A DNA stretch of 64,000 bases, taken from positions 74,402,001 to 74,466,000 of the forward strand of contig NW_024704742.1 in NCBI RefSeq assembly GCF_018977255.1, given 5' to 3'. The notes beneath the pieces were generated by a model, which saw only the letters and a list, made by a program, of their open reading frames with translations, made no database searches and was not told the DNA's origin. A program made the position numbers and the translations under genes. Source of the stretch: Callorhinchus milii. Its lineage: Eukaryota. Shown here piece after piece: positions 1 through 25,185 of the stretch. How positions within the stretch are numbered: the first letter of the stretch is position 1; every line of letters begins with the position of its first letter.

Positions 1-610
1 AAGTTGAGACAGGAAAATTCTAGCAAGTTTTAGTATTGAAAGTTAAATTATTTCAATGTATGTATGAAAAGTAATGAAAGAAGAGATCATAAGAAACAAA
101 AGAATTGGACTATGCAATGCCAGTCAATATTACAGAGACAACAAGCTTCTGTTCAGTGAATTAAAAGTTGTATAGTAGTGCTCACATCCTTACAAGGTTA
201 GTGATGAATAGAACTAGTATGCACATTACAAAAGCTAAAGATAGATTTCACGTGTTTTACCTGAACTTTTCAACTTAAATAAACAATGGATCTTCTGTTC
301 ATCTCTCATCATTCTAATTAAAGTTGAAACCATTAAATGCAATGATATTGTATTTGTGGTTGTGGTTAAATGATTTTAACCCTATATGCTTAGCCTTAGT
401 TAATAAAGTAGTTTTAATTTATTATTCTATAATGTATCTTTTCAGTTATTGATAATATTTGCTGAGTAAAACCGGCCTAAAAACCTAATTAATGATTGTG
501 CCTTTGGGCAAATCTGCCTTCCCCAACTCGCTCAGGCTCCCACACATTCTCTGTAAACCACTTTGAGACATTCTTGTATGAAAGTAAGATTCATGCAGCA
601 TTCAGAATTG

Positions 611-2990
611 AATCATAGAATCATAGAATTATTCAGCACAGAAGGAGGCCATTCGGCCCATCGTGTCTGTGCCGGCTCTTTGAAAAGAGCTATCCAAATC
701 AATCCCACTTCCCCGCTCTCTCCCCATAGTCCTGCAAACTTGTCCTCCCCAAATAATTATTTACTCTCATAGAAGTTCTTATCGAATCGGCTTCCGCCAC
801 CCTTTCAGGCAATGCATTCCAGATCCGAACAACTCGCTATGTGAAAAAATGTCTTCTCACTTCCTCTCTGTTTCTTTTAATAACTATTTTAAATTGGTGC
901 CCTCGGGTTACCGACCCACCCATCAGTGGAAATAGTTTCTCCTTGTTTACCCTATCGAATCCCCTCATCATTTTGAAAACTTCTATTAAGTCTCCTCTTA
1001 ACCTTCTCTGCTCCAAGGAGAATAATCCCAGCTTCTCTAGTCTCTCCTGATAACTGAAGTCCCTCATTCCTGGTACCATCCTGGTAAATCTCCTTTGCAC
1101 CCTCTCCAATGCCTTGACATCCTTCCTAAAGTGTAGTGCCCAGAACTGAAAACAGTACTCTAGCTGAGGCCTAACAGTGTTTTATAAAGGTTCATCATAA
1201 CTTCCTGACTTTTGTATTCAATGCCCCAATAAAGTCTAATATCCCGTAAGCTTTTTTAACAGCTTTATTTGCCTGTCCTGCCACCTTCAAAGGTTTACCT
1301 ATATGAACCCCCAGGTCTCATTGTTCCTTCACCCCCTTTAAGATTGTACCATCAGCTTGTATTGCCTCTCCTCATTCTTCCTCCCAAAATACATCATTTT
1401 GCATTTCTCCACATTAAACTTCATCTGCCATGTGTCTGCCCATTTTACCAGCCTGTCTATGTCCTCTTGCAGTCTGCTACTATACTCCTCACTGTTTACT
1501 ACTTTTCCTAGTTTAGTATCATCTGCAAACTTGGAAATTGTACTCCCTATACCCAAATCCAGGTCATTTATATAGATCAAAAACCAACCCCTGGGAGACA
1601 CCGCTGCATACTTTCCTCCAGTCAGATAAACAACCGTTCACCACCACTCTCTGCTTTCTGTCTCTGAGTCAGTTCTGTATCCGCTGCCACTGTCCCTTTA
1701 ATGCCGTGGGCTTCTATTTTAGTTACAAGTCTCTTATGTGGCACTTTATCAAACACCTTTTGAAAATCCATATAAACTACATCAACTGCACTACTTTCAT
1801 CCACCCTCTCCTTTACTTCAGCACAAAACTCATTTTTAAACTCAGGTTTATTAGACACAATTTGTCTTTCACAAATCCGTATTGGCTGTCCTTTATTAAC
1901 CCATATTTTTCTAAGTGAAAATGTATTTTGTTCCTGATTATAGTCTCTAGATGTTTCCCCACTACTGATGTTAGGCTGACTAACCTGTAGTTCTCAGGTT
2001 TATCCTTCTGCAGCTTTTTGTACAGGGGAATAACATTTGCAACCCTCCAGTCCTCTGGCACCACCCCCGGTGTCCAAGGGGGATTGAAAGACTGTGGCCA
2101 GAGCCTCTGCTGCTTCCACCCTTACTTCCCTCAGTAACCTAGGATGCATCCCTGTGGAGTCCTGTAGCCCAGTGGTTAGAGCATTCACTTTGCAAGCGAA
2201 AGACCTGAGTTTGATTCCCGGTAGGGTGAAACCTTGGGCAAGTTTCCTTACTCCACACGCCTGATAATAATCCCTCAGAAAAAAACAGTAATAAATTGGA
2301 CATTTCAATCCACGACTGTGCACAATTGGCTGCCGCATTTCACCCACAAATATACAGTCAATTCACTTTACAGTCTATTCTGTGAAGCGCTTTGAGACGT
2401 CTACAAGATGTGAAAAGCGCTATATCAAAATGCAAGGATTATTAACCTGTCAGGACCAGGTGACTTATCTACCTTGAGCACTGTCAACCTTTTTAGTACC
2501 TCCCCTCTGTCTATTCTTAAACTATCCAATTTATCTACCTTCTCCTCCGATACTGTGGCATTGGCTGCATCCTCAGATGCAAAGTATTCATTCACTATGT
2601 CAGTCATGCCCTCTGCCTCCACAAGAAGGTTTCCTCTTTGGTCCCGAATTGGACCCACTATAACTTTGACTAACCTTTTATTCTTTATATGCTTATAAAA
2701 TACTTTAGGCTTCCCTTTTACGCTACTTGCTAACCTTTTCTCATACAATTTCTTTGCCCTTTTTATTTCCTTTTTCAGTTCACTGTATTTTCTATATTCT
2801 ATTTGATTATCTTCTGTATTTTGGACCTGACATTTATCATAAGCATCCTTTTTCTGCTTTAGTTTAATCCCAATTTCCTTATTCATCTAGGGAGGTTTGG
2901 ATGCCTTTGTGGGAATGTATTTGTTCTGTCCCCAAAATATCTCCTCCTTGAAGGCTTCCCATTGCTCATGATCTGTTTTACCTGCTAATC
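611..2990 (-). mobile_element. CR1-clade LINE, 5'-truncated, degenerate ORF2 (reverse transcriptase)
   Basis: Minus-strand ORF fragments carry CR1 RT motifs: IYINDLD..ISKFADDTKLG, VDVVYMDFQKVFDKVPH, PEDWRVANVIPLYKK, KSPGPD, LEQRRLRGDLIEVFK. The 3' tail (atcatagaatcatagaat...ggaggccattcggccc on +) starts at ~612. Interrupted by a SINE at 2156-2445. Confidence 0.92.
2156..2445 (+). mobile_element. tRNA-derived Deu-domain SINE nested in CR1
   Basis: Head ggagtcctgtagcccagtggttagagc, body, and L2-like tail aagcgctatatcaaaatgcaaggattatt. Flanked by cctgt at 2151-2155 and 2446-2450 (target-site duplication, TSD). Confidence 0.9.
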
Positions 2991-2999
2991 TTTCTTTTC

Positions 3000-3092
3000 A
3001 AAAACAGAAGTCGCTGGGAACACTCAGCAGGTCAGGCAGCAGCTATGGAGAAAGTCAACGTTTCAGGTCCACAACCCTTTGTCAGAACTGGG
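3000..3092 (-). mobile_element. Penelope-like element terminal fragment with degenerate hammerhead motif
   Basis: Minus strand reads agtt-ctgacaa-agggttgtggacct-gaaacgtt-gact. Homologous to 13545-13725 and 30188-30335. Confidence 0.6.
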
Positions 3093-3337
3093 GCATGTTG
3101 GGAGGGAGAGGCTTTTAAGGGCTAACAGAGATGGGGAAGGCAGGGCAAGAAAGTAAAAAGGAGAAAATGAGATAGAGTATAGGGCATGATAGGTTAAAGA
3201 GGTGTTAATTCAGGTAAAGTAAATGTACTGTATTCAAAAAAGTTAATCAGGATAACAAAAACGTTTTAAGACTACAATTAAGAACCCATAGCTTAATTTC
3301 GGATGATGGGAATGAATTTATTATGCAGGAAAATACG

Positions 3338-3592
3338 ATAATAATAATCCCTGCATTTAATATAGCGCCTTATCACATCTTCAAGACGTCTCAAAGCGCT
3401 TCACAGAATATACTGTAAAGTGAATTGACTGGATATTTTGTGAGCGAAAACTGGCAGCCAATTGCACACAGCAGTGTCACACAAACAGTAATGGATTGAG
3501 TGACCAATTTATTATTATTTATTTATTTTGAAGGAATTATTACCCCCAGAAAAGCAGTCCGCTAATCGGGTTCCTACTTACTGCTTGGTATT
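3338..3592 (-). mobile_element. Deu-domain SINE, 5'-truncated
   Basis: Reverse complement of the SINE tail (ataataataatccctgcatt...aagcgcttcacag) and body. Confidence 0.85.
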
Positions 3593-3779
3593 CAGAAAAT
3601 TGGGACAACAGTATTAATTTGGTGTTAATACCAAATGGAAGGATTCTTATTATTATATAAACAGGTAGATGCAGTATGTACATTTAATAAATAGGATGAG
3701 TTATGTGAATCCACCCAATATAAGATGTTGAGAACACAATGGAATCAGATGTGGTTAATATTGTGCCACCTTGCTTGAT

Positions 3780-5443
3780 CCTCACTAAAGTCTTAGAATG
3801 CGTTGTTGCCAATCAACTTCGCGCGCACCTCTCTTCCCACTCAACACCAACAACAACAACTTGGATTTATTTAGCGCCCTCCACGCCGGACGGCGTCTCA
3901 GAGGGCTTCACAGTAACACTTCCTCTTCGAACCCCTCCAGTCCGGTTTCCACCCTGCCCACAGTACAGAGACTGCGCTTGTGAAAGTCACAAACAACATC
4001 CTCTCTGTCTGTGACCAGGGCTCCCTCCGCCTCCTTGTCCTCCTGGACCTCTCCGCCGCGTTCGACACAGTCGACTATGCCATCCTCCACCACCGCCTTT
4101 CTTCTGTCATCCACCTCAGTGGGACCGCACTCGCCTGGTTCGAGTACTACCTCACAAACCATCAGCAGTACATCTGCACAAACGGTTTCTCCTCCCGCTC
4201 TCACCCGGTTACCTGCGGGGTACCCCAAGGATCAATCCTTGGCCCCCTCCTCTTTCTGATCTATATACTCCTCTTGGGGATGTCATCCGCAGACATGGGG
4301 TACATTTCCACATGTACGCGGATGCTCCCAACTCTATTTTTCCATCTAACTTTGCAACCCCCAGTCCCCTGATGTTCTGTCAGCCTGCCTCTCAGATCTC
4401 AGGGGATGGATGAGCGCAAATTTCCTTCAACTGAACGCCGACAAGACGGAAGCCATACTCTTCAGCTCTCGTCAACGTCTCAAATCCCATGGCTCTCACC
4501 TCCTCCACCTCCCTGACCTCCCCCTAAAACTCTACGAACCCGTACACAACCTAGGCGTCAGGTTCAATCCCCAATTATCCTTCCTCCCCACATCCGGTCC
4601 CTCACCAGCACCGCTTTCTTCCACCTCTGTCGCATTGCCCGTCTCCGCCAATACCTCACTCCAAAAGCCGCTGAAACCCTGGTCCATGCCTTTGTCACAT
4701 CTCGGCTGGATTATTCAAATGCCCTCCTCGCCGGTCTCCCCTCCACTGACCCGCTCTGCCTTCCCTCACCTCCGTAACATCGCCCAGCTCCGCCACTACC
4801 TCACCCCTCAGGCCGCTGAAACTCTTGTTCATGCCTTCATCACCTCCAGGCTCGACTATGCAAATGCCCTGCTTGTCGGCCTTCCCAACTCCTCCCTCCG
4901 CAGGCAGTAGATAATCCAGAACTCTGCAGCCCGTGTCCTCTCCTGCACCAAACTCCGCGACCACATCTGCCCCATTCGCGCCCGACTCCATTGGCTCCCT
5001 ATCCTTCAGAGGATCCAGTTCAAGATCCTGGTCCTCACCAACAAAGCCCTCCATGGCCTCACCCCACCCTACCTCTGCGATCTCCTAAACCCCTACCAAC
5101 CTGCTCGCTCCCTCCACTCAGCCAACTCCGGCCTGCTCCACGTCCCTTGACCCACCCGCTCCACCCGCCCCACCATTGGCAGGAGAGCCTTCAGCCACTC
5201 TGCCCCCAACCTCTAGAATTCCATCCCCCAATCACTCCGCCTCGCCCCCTCTTTAGCCTCCTTCAAGTCCCGCCTCAAAACCCTCCTCTTCGACCATGCC
5301 ATCAGTCACCCCCCTTCCCTGCCCTCCCTTCTCCCTCCATGACCCCAGCTCGGGTCTGAAATGCTGTACACTGTCCAGTGCCTTGGGACGTTCTCCTGAC
5401 ATGAAAGGCGCTATACAAACGTAATCTTGTTGTTGTTATTGTT
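3780..5443 (+). mobile_element. L2-clade LINE remnant (composite of two subfamilies)
   Basis: Peptides LLDLSAAFDTVD, GVPQGSILGPLLF, NFLQLNADKTEAI, LVHAFITSRLDY. 3' tail ccttgggacgttctcctgacatgaaaggcgctata followed by (gtt)n. Confidence 0.92.
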
Positions 5444-5444
5444 G

Positions 5445-5703
5445 ACTCCCGATAGGTCGAATCTTTGGGAAAATTTCCTTATTCCACACGCCTGATAATA
5501 ATCCCTCAAGAAAAATAAAAATAAATTGGTCACTTCAATCCACGACTGTTTGTGGGATACTGCTGTGTGCAATTGGCTGCCCTGCTTTATCAACTAATAT
5601 AGTCAATTCACCTTACAGTATATTCTGTGATGGGCTTTGAAACGTCTAGAAGACATGAAAATCGCTGTATCAAATGCAAGGATTATTATTTATTATTATT
5701 ATT
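5445..5703 (+). mobile_element. Deu-domain SINE, 5'-truncated
   Basis: Body gactgtttgtgggatactgctgtgtgcaattggctgcc and tail caaatgcaaggattatt. Confidence 0.85.
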
Positions 5704-5799
5704 TTTCCGGAGCAGGTACATTTGGTGAAGACTACTGTCAAAAAAGTGGTTTGTAGAGGATGCAGTTTTTTTTCTTGCTCCATGCATGGTCTTAAGTGT

Positions 5800-6075
5800 T
5801 AGCCTAGCTCAGTTTGTTGCATTCTTGCTTCCCAGTCAGAAAGTTGTGGGGTGATAGCCCCACCTCGGGACTTGGAACTCAACAGACTAGGCTAGCACTC
5901 CAAAGCATGCTGATTGTTGTCCTTTGGATGAGACGTTAAACCAAGTTTCCAACTGTTCGGATGGACATTCAAGATACTGATTCTATTTGATAATTAATAT
6001 GATTCTATTTAAAAACAGAATTAACTATGCCCTGATGTTCTGGCTATTGACCCGCCAAATAAAGTTGGTCGTTCA
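5800..6075 (+). mobile_element. Older tRNA-derived SINE family (SacSINE1/AmnSINE-like)
   Basis: gctcagtttg..cagtcagaaagttgtggg..cctttggatgagacgttaaacc. The same family recurs at ~18910-19270(-), 26080-26270(-), 29070-29290, 31435-31740(-), 43480-43655, 45430-45740, 51295-51570(-), 53200-53570 and 54525-54715. Confidence 0.65.
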
Positions 6076-6094
6076 CTTCATGAGGACGCGTTTG

Positions 6095-6220
6095 GGGAGG
6101 TCAAGTTTGCAGGGCCATGGGGAGAGAACGGGGGAATGGGATTGATTTGGATAGCTCTTTCCAAAGATGCGGCACCGACACGATGGGCCGAATGGCCTCC
6201 TTCCGTGCTGTATAATTCTA
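6095..6220 (+). mobile_element. CR1 3' end fragment
   Basis: gctctttccaaagatgcggcaccgacacgatgggccgaatggcctccttccgtgctg, the reverse complement of 630-740. Confidence 0.8.
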
Positions 6221-6569
6221 TAAATTTTGTTCGTGCGATAATACCTATGTGCAAATTCCCTACAAACACGGTAAACACCCGTGAAATGATTTGAGACAGC
6301 TCGATGACGTGATCCAAAGGCGTCATACCAAATGCAATAATAATAATAAAAATTATTATTATCATTATAGAACATCTCCATGGTCGGTTTAAAAGAAAGT
6401 TGTCATGCCGGAAACTGGATACAGAGCAAAAAAAAAGGATTTCGTTCTTGGTCTTTTTGTTGCATATTAGCAACGATAAACTTGCTGATATACAACAAAA
6501 AGGTACTGAGATGCCAGAGGAGCCTGACTGCCTACCAACTGGAGCAGGAAGTGCAGACAAGATGCTGGT

Positions 6570-7700
6570 GCTGCGCGAGGACCAGTCAGACTGAAAGAAA
6601 GCCAGCGCCGCGCGCACGTCACATGAGTGACGTCAGGAGCCGCTCGCTGATTGGCTGGTGCCGGCGAGACGGGGACTCCCTGGACCGAAGCGCAGGGGGT
6701 CAGCACGCGGCGCACCGGGAAAGTACGTAACACAATGCCTGCTCGGCGCGGACCCATTACAGGGTGACACCCGAGGCCGAGCTGCTCGCAGACGGACCGG
6801 AGCTGCAGAGTGAGGCACGCGGACGGACGGACCGACGGACCGACGCACGCGCAAGACACAAGTGTGCGCGATACACAAAGAGAAGCGCAGCTCGCGAGCT
6901 CCTCACCAACCGCCGCCGCCGTTTGAACGGGACCGTCTCAGGTAAAGGCGCGCGGGGTGTGCGGGCGGCTAACCCCCCCCCCCCGGGAGGGGAAGGGGAA
7001 GGGGTTCAGATGGCGGCTCGGCGGTGTAGGTGAGCGCAGGGCTGTATTTCCGGGGTGGTGCGGCCGGTCGTCTCGTATTTTCCCGTGGCTGAGGATCCAG
7101 CGAGGTAGCGGCTCTTGGGGGGAGGGAGGGAGAGCGGCGGGAGGTGACCGCTCGAGCCCTCGTGCGACTCCTCTTCGCTCCCATCGACACCATTAGAGGC
7201 GGCTTTGAGCTGCTGCTGAACGCCGCTGTCGGCGGCCGGACGCGCGGGAGAGGCCGCAGAGAGCGGCGAGGCTCAGGTCGGCGGCGTCTTGGCTTCATCC
7301 TCGGCTACAGCAGCAACACAATTGCATGGCCTTTCATGTCGGGGGGACATCCCGAGGCGCCGGGCAGACGAGAGTTTCCGACCCGAGCTGTTGGGGTTCG
7401 GGGAGGATGCGGGGGGGGAGCGGGGAGATCGAAATCACGGTCGAAGAGGAGGGTCCTGAGATGGTTCTTGAAGGAGGCCAAGGGAGGGGGCGAGGCGGAG
7501 GGCTAAAGCTTACCCTTCTCCTTGTCGGGGGCTCGGCCGCCATGAGCTCGGAGCGATGGCACCGCGGGGCTAGGCCGCCGCATCGTGCGGAGCGAGGGGT
7601 GGGGGGGGGGGGCGCAGTCGGTGTGGTTGTTTAAGGCAGGTACAGAGAGGCCCGCACACACAGCAGATCCCACCGCACACGCTCGCACACGGGGCAACTA
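6570..7700 (+). promoter_or_regulatory. G3BP2: CpG island promoter of G3BP2
   Basis: Dense CpG/GC island in AT-rich surroundings. Perfect CRE TGACGTCA at 6628-6635, CRE half-site/E-box cacgtcacatga at 6615-6626, inverted CCAAT (ATTGG) at 6650-6654, ETS-like caggaagtg at ~6545. Confidence 0.85.
6740..6941 (+). other. G3BP2: G3BP2 non-coding exon 1 (5' end approximate)
   Basis: Lies downstream of the promoter motifs and ends at donor CAG|GTAAAG (6941/6942). The TSS cannot be determined from sequence. Confidence 0.6.
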
Positions 7701-9084
7701 AACCCCAACCTTCAGATTTCTGCAAGGGCAGAGGACCTTTGAAGCCAAAGGGAAACGTTGCTCCCAAGATCTTGATTTGTTTTGTGTGTGGTGTGTTTTT
7801 TTTCCGGGAAAGTAATGCTGCTCCTCTAGGAGTCCGGAAACTGGCGTAAAACAATACATAGCTGGTGTTTCTGTTAGGATTTCATTAGCATCTCGCCTGA
7901 GAGACTTTCTCAGGTGACCGCGTAGCGCGTAATTTGAAGTTTAAACGCATATAAATTTGGGTGCAATATACCTTCCCCCCAAACACCAATACAAACTGTT
8001 AGTTTTGATCTTCATCATCACGGATTAGGTGTATTATATTTGGCCTCAGTGCCTTACGGTGAGAAAAGGGGAATCACCCAAGTGATCCTATTCGGCTCTT
8101 TTTAAATAACCTTTTTCTGGAGAGGTGTGAGGACATAGAGTCATTATGCCCTTCTGTGGTCCCTCCATACAGTTTAATTGTCAAAACTTGTCAAGGTTTA
8201 CAACCATAATGTAATATAATAATATTATAATGTAATATAATGTATATTTGGAAACCATAATCATTGATCACCCTCCAGGGTGTGGGAAGTTGACAGGGGA
8301 AGTGAATTGGTGAGATAGGAAGAGATCATACTAACTTTACTAATTGAAGATTAATATTTAAAAATAATTGATCCAATGGAAATTAAATTCATTGCTTAGA
8401 GATGATGCATGCTTAATTATAGGTTTAACAAAACTAAATGGTGGTGACCAGGTGGTATTGAAGGGTACACTCAGTTAGGTTCCATTCCGTTAGCCACTAT
8501 GTCCCGAAGCTGTGGAACTCCCTCCCACAAGAGAGAGCCTTGTCCCCCCTCCCCATTTTCAGGCTGTGCCTGAAGATCATGCCCATGGTCACCTTCCCCC
8601 TCCTGGCTCGGCAATGGGCTCCACCATTGGATGCCTCCTGGCTTGGAGGGTGCTATATAAATGCAAGTTGTTGTTATAAACACTAGAGTAGTTTATTATT
8701 ATGTGGAACAATGTTCAATTTTTGTGAATGGAATAACTAATAGTATGTAAATGATTTAGATGTAGCCTGAGTTTCATTCGTCCAAGCATCAAGAGCATTC
8801 TTCCTCACACATTTCAGTGATCAAATGATCAGCAGTGGAATGTGAAAGTTTTAAGACGAATCAGATACAAGGAAGATACGATGTTTAAGGGGGGTGGATG
8901 AAGTATGCTGATGTAGGTGAAATATTTTTCTGGGATATTAAAGGCAATAATGAGCGAGAAAGGAATAGAAGGATATGGGAGGGAGAAAGGAATGAGTGGA
9001 GGCTTGTGAAATATGAATACTGGCATGGGTTGAATGGCCTGTTTCCGTGCTGTGCAATCTAAATTTATCTTGTATATATTATAC

Positions 9085-9436
9085 GAGTCCTGTAGCTTAG
9101 TGGTTAGAGCACTCGCCTCGCAAGTGAGAGAACCTGGGTTTGATTCCTGACAGGGCAAGTTTCCTTACTCCACACACCTTTGATCACCTACCAGTAAATA
9201 GGAACCCGGTTATTAGTTGCTTGGTGGATCGCTTCTCCTTCAAAACAATCATTAATAATAATGATGAGTTGGTCACTTAATTCACGACTGTTTGTTGGAC
9301 ACTTCTGTGTGCAATTGGCTGCCGCATTTTGCCCACAAAATATACGTCAATTCACTTTACAGTATATTCTGTGAAGCGCTTTGAGACGTCTCAAAGACGT
9401 AAAAAGGTGCTATTTTAAATGCAAGGATTATATTAT
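9085..9436 (+). mobile_element. Deu-domain SINE, full length (long form)
   Basis: tRNA-like head gagtcctgtagcttagtggttagagc, internal segment agtaaataggaacccgg, tail aatgcaaggatta. Confidence 0.9.
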
Positions 9437-9592
9437 GAGGTTCTATTACTCGATTAGAATGGATTTTACTACGTTGCTGCAAATGTAATGATTTTAAACA
9501 ATGGATTTAAAAGTGCTCCACATTTCATCAAGCCTAGCAGTTTTGTAAAACAGACTACAGACTACTGTTATTGATCACTGCAGAAATAATAA

Positions 9593-22585
<12,993 letters not shown>

Positions 22586-25185
22586 AGTGCCACTGTTCTG
22601 ATATCTTGCTGGTGGTACCATACTCTTCGTTTTTGCGTTCTTGTTAAGTTTGGCTTTGGAATGTGACAGCCTGTTTTTCATTTCTTTGATGTGAAAACAG
22701 CCTTTTACCAGTTACGTCAAGGTGAACATTTCCCTATTTTGGAACAGGATTTAAACTAATGTGTAAGAACTGAAAGAGGCCTTGATTTAATTGGAACAAA
22801 TTGTAAAGGCCTAAGGATTCATTCACATAAAATCTAGGGCCTTTTGGTGCAACTTGGCTGCTTTATTTTCTGAAAGTGTTAAGTTTCTGCCCAATTCTAT
22901 TGGAAAAAAAAATTGGTGCAATTAGAGAAGCTTGCCTTGATATTTCTTTTAGGAACACTTGGCTCAAGAACTTGCGTTCATGCACTCATCATAATGCACT
23001 AATGGGTACTCTTAGAATGTCATTTACCATGACAACTGCAGGAGAAGGCAGGCGAAAATCCGACTGCTGTCTGCTTCGACCGGGAAGGATGACTGGTGAC
23101 CAGATGCGGGCATTGAATCTTACTTGCTGTGACCAACAAATTTCCACATCTGCAAACCTAAATAGACGATGCTGAAACCGTTTCAGATGGTGATGAATTT
23201 TTCTTGAACTAAAAAAATTTAAAATATGAAAACAATCGTGAACTTGTAATAGAGCCCTAAACGCAGAAGAGTTTGGTGGCTTATCCTCATTTTTCTATCT
23301 GCCCACTGCAAAACAGGGATGGCTGGCTGCTCAACACTTTTCCTCCCCTTCGATCTGTGCAGTTATAAATGCAGCGAAAAATCATAGCTAAATGTTACTG
23401 TTTTAGTTCTTTCAATATGTAAAGAGCATGATGGTGCCTTCTATTGATACATCATTCCAGTCTTGCTGGCAGCTTTGTACAAATTGATGTACTAACTGCT
23501 GTGTTGTATAAAGCCAAACAGCTATAAAACTACGGAATCACTAGTGTGTTGATGTAATGCAGAGATAAAAGAAAAGCTGCAGCATCCTTGCTTTAAAGAA
23601 GAGATTTCAAAATGCACAGTATCCCAATTCACTGACTAATAGTTGTTTTTGAGTTTCTGTACAATATATACAACCTCATGGTTGATGCTGGTTTGTTTTA
23701 CATTGGAAAATTAGGTCTGTCAATTTGAAGTTCGTTATCGCTACGTTTTTATATATGCAAAGATACAGTTATGCATATATCTTATCTGAGTAAACACTCC
23801 TGTTAATTCAGGTTTCTAAATCTATTGATTTTGTTTCAATTAAGTGTAACTGAGGGAAAGGCTGCATTATGCAAAGGGTGAAACTGATGGAGACGAGGGA
23901 TAGGGCGGGGGGAAAATGTTGGTGTTTTAAAAGGCCAACATAAAGGATACTGCAGCTTTAAACCCAGAATCAGCAGCTTTTTTCCTCCCTTTTGTGGACA
24001 TCTTAATAATGTACCAATAATTGGCACTACCTGCAACACAGCTTAAAAAATTGTTGGTAAGGTGATCCATAGAAGCTCGGCACAGTTTAAAGCTGCTGAT
24101 TGTGATTAGATAAGTCATTAAGTCACAGCTTCTAGCAGCAATGCACATTATCAGTAGAGCAGCAATTTTTGAAGCAGTAATTTGTTTACATGCACGGCTC
24201 GAGGCTGTTACTTTTTGACGGTTCCAACAAAACTGGCAGACGCACAGTGAAGTTGTTAGCTTTGACTTTGAAAGGTAATTGTGTCTGTTGGTTTTGTTTT
24301 TGTTTAGAACTTTTCTGAGGTCTTCCTTGTTTGATGGTAGTCTTGCACTATTTCTCAAAATCTGGGATGCATTGGTAGTTAGTGTTTTTTTTTCAATCTT
24401 GTTTAAACTATTTTTCGACTGATCTCTATTTTGGATCTATTAATGTGGCCTGGAAGTATTGTACTTTCCATCGGCAAGGAAGGGTAGACAAGTTTATTAT
24501 TTCTCCCATCTTACTTGAAAGACCTTTGCCCTAGACATAGAACATGGTTTCAGTATCACTTGCACAAATTAATTGCCAAGTAGTTTACCAGAATTTCATT
24601 TTCTGCTGTGCTAATTGCTACACCTCACCAGCATTATTCTTCAGTTTTCTTTCAAATCGTTTCTGGAACTGAAGATCATTTCGAGAAAGTGTTGCATTAC
24701 CGGATAATTAACCCAGAGAAAAGCTGAAGGCCATCCTTTTTGGCAATCTAGCTGGCTTCTCGCTCTAAATATTGAAATAAATCTGGTAACATCAGAATAT
24801 GGTAGCTTCCTGCTGGTTGTTCACTGAACTTGATTGTGTGCTGTAGTCCTGTTTCTCCCTCCTTAGAATAGAAGTAGCTAATACCCGTAAAGCAAAGTTA
24901 GTAAATGTTTACACTGCAAATATTTGCTAGGTGGCACTAGATGCTAGCATATGTTACTGTATTGGAGCAATATTATTCCAAATTTCAATGGAATGGGCTT
25001 TCAAGTTTACCATCTTGGCTTTAATGGGTATTATAGGTAATTTAATGGTTTGCCATCTTAAAATGCTGATATGTTAGAGCATAGTAGTTAAGTGTTGCAG
25101 ATGGCGAGTCTTCATTTTTTGGTTTTTACTTTGAATGTGTTGGACTAAACATACAATAAACTACTGATGTCTGCAGCATTCAGAA
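22586..25185 (+). other. G3BP2: G3BP2 3'UTR with probable polyA signal AATAAA 25155-25160
   Basis: AU-rich tract after the stop with no recognisable repeats. AATAAA at 25155 is followed by a GU/U-rich element (ttgtttgcagttttgt). Alternative signals at 24776 and 25534. Confidence 0.65.

Noticed and set aside
1..500. Possible exon ending at caag|gttagt (~196)
   Set aside because: No open frame or recognisable protein; a splice-like motif alone is insufficient.
7560..7645. Alternative G3BP2 first exon ending at cag|gtacag (7639)
   Set aside because: Weak donor and no independent support from sequence alone.
6078..7854. Numerous overlapping 60-180 aa ORFs in the CpG island
   Set aside because: Expected from stop-codon scarcity in GC-rich DNA; no recognisable domains.
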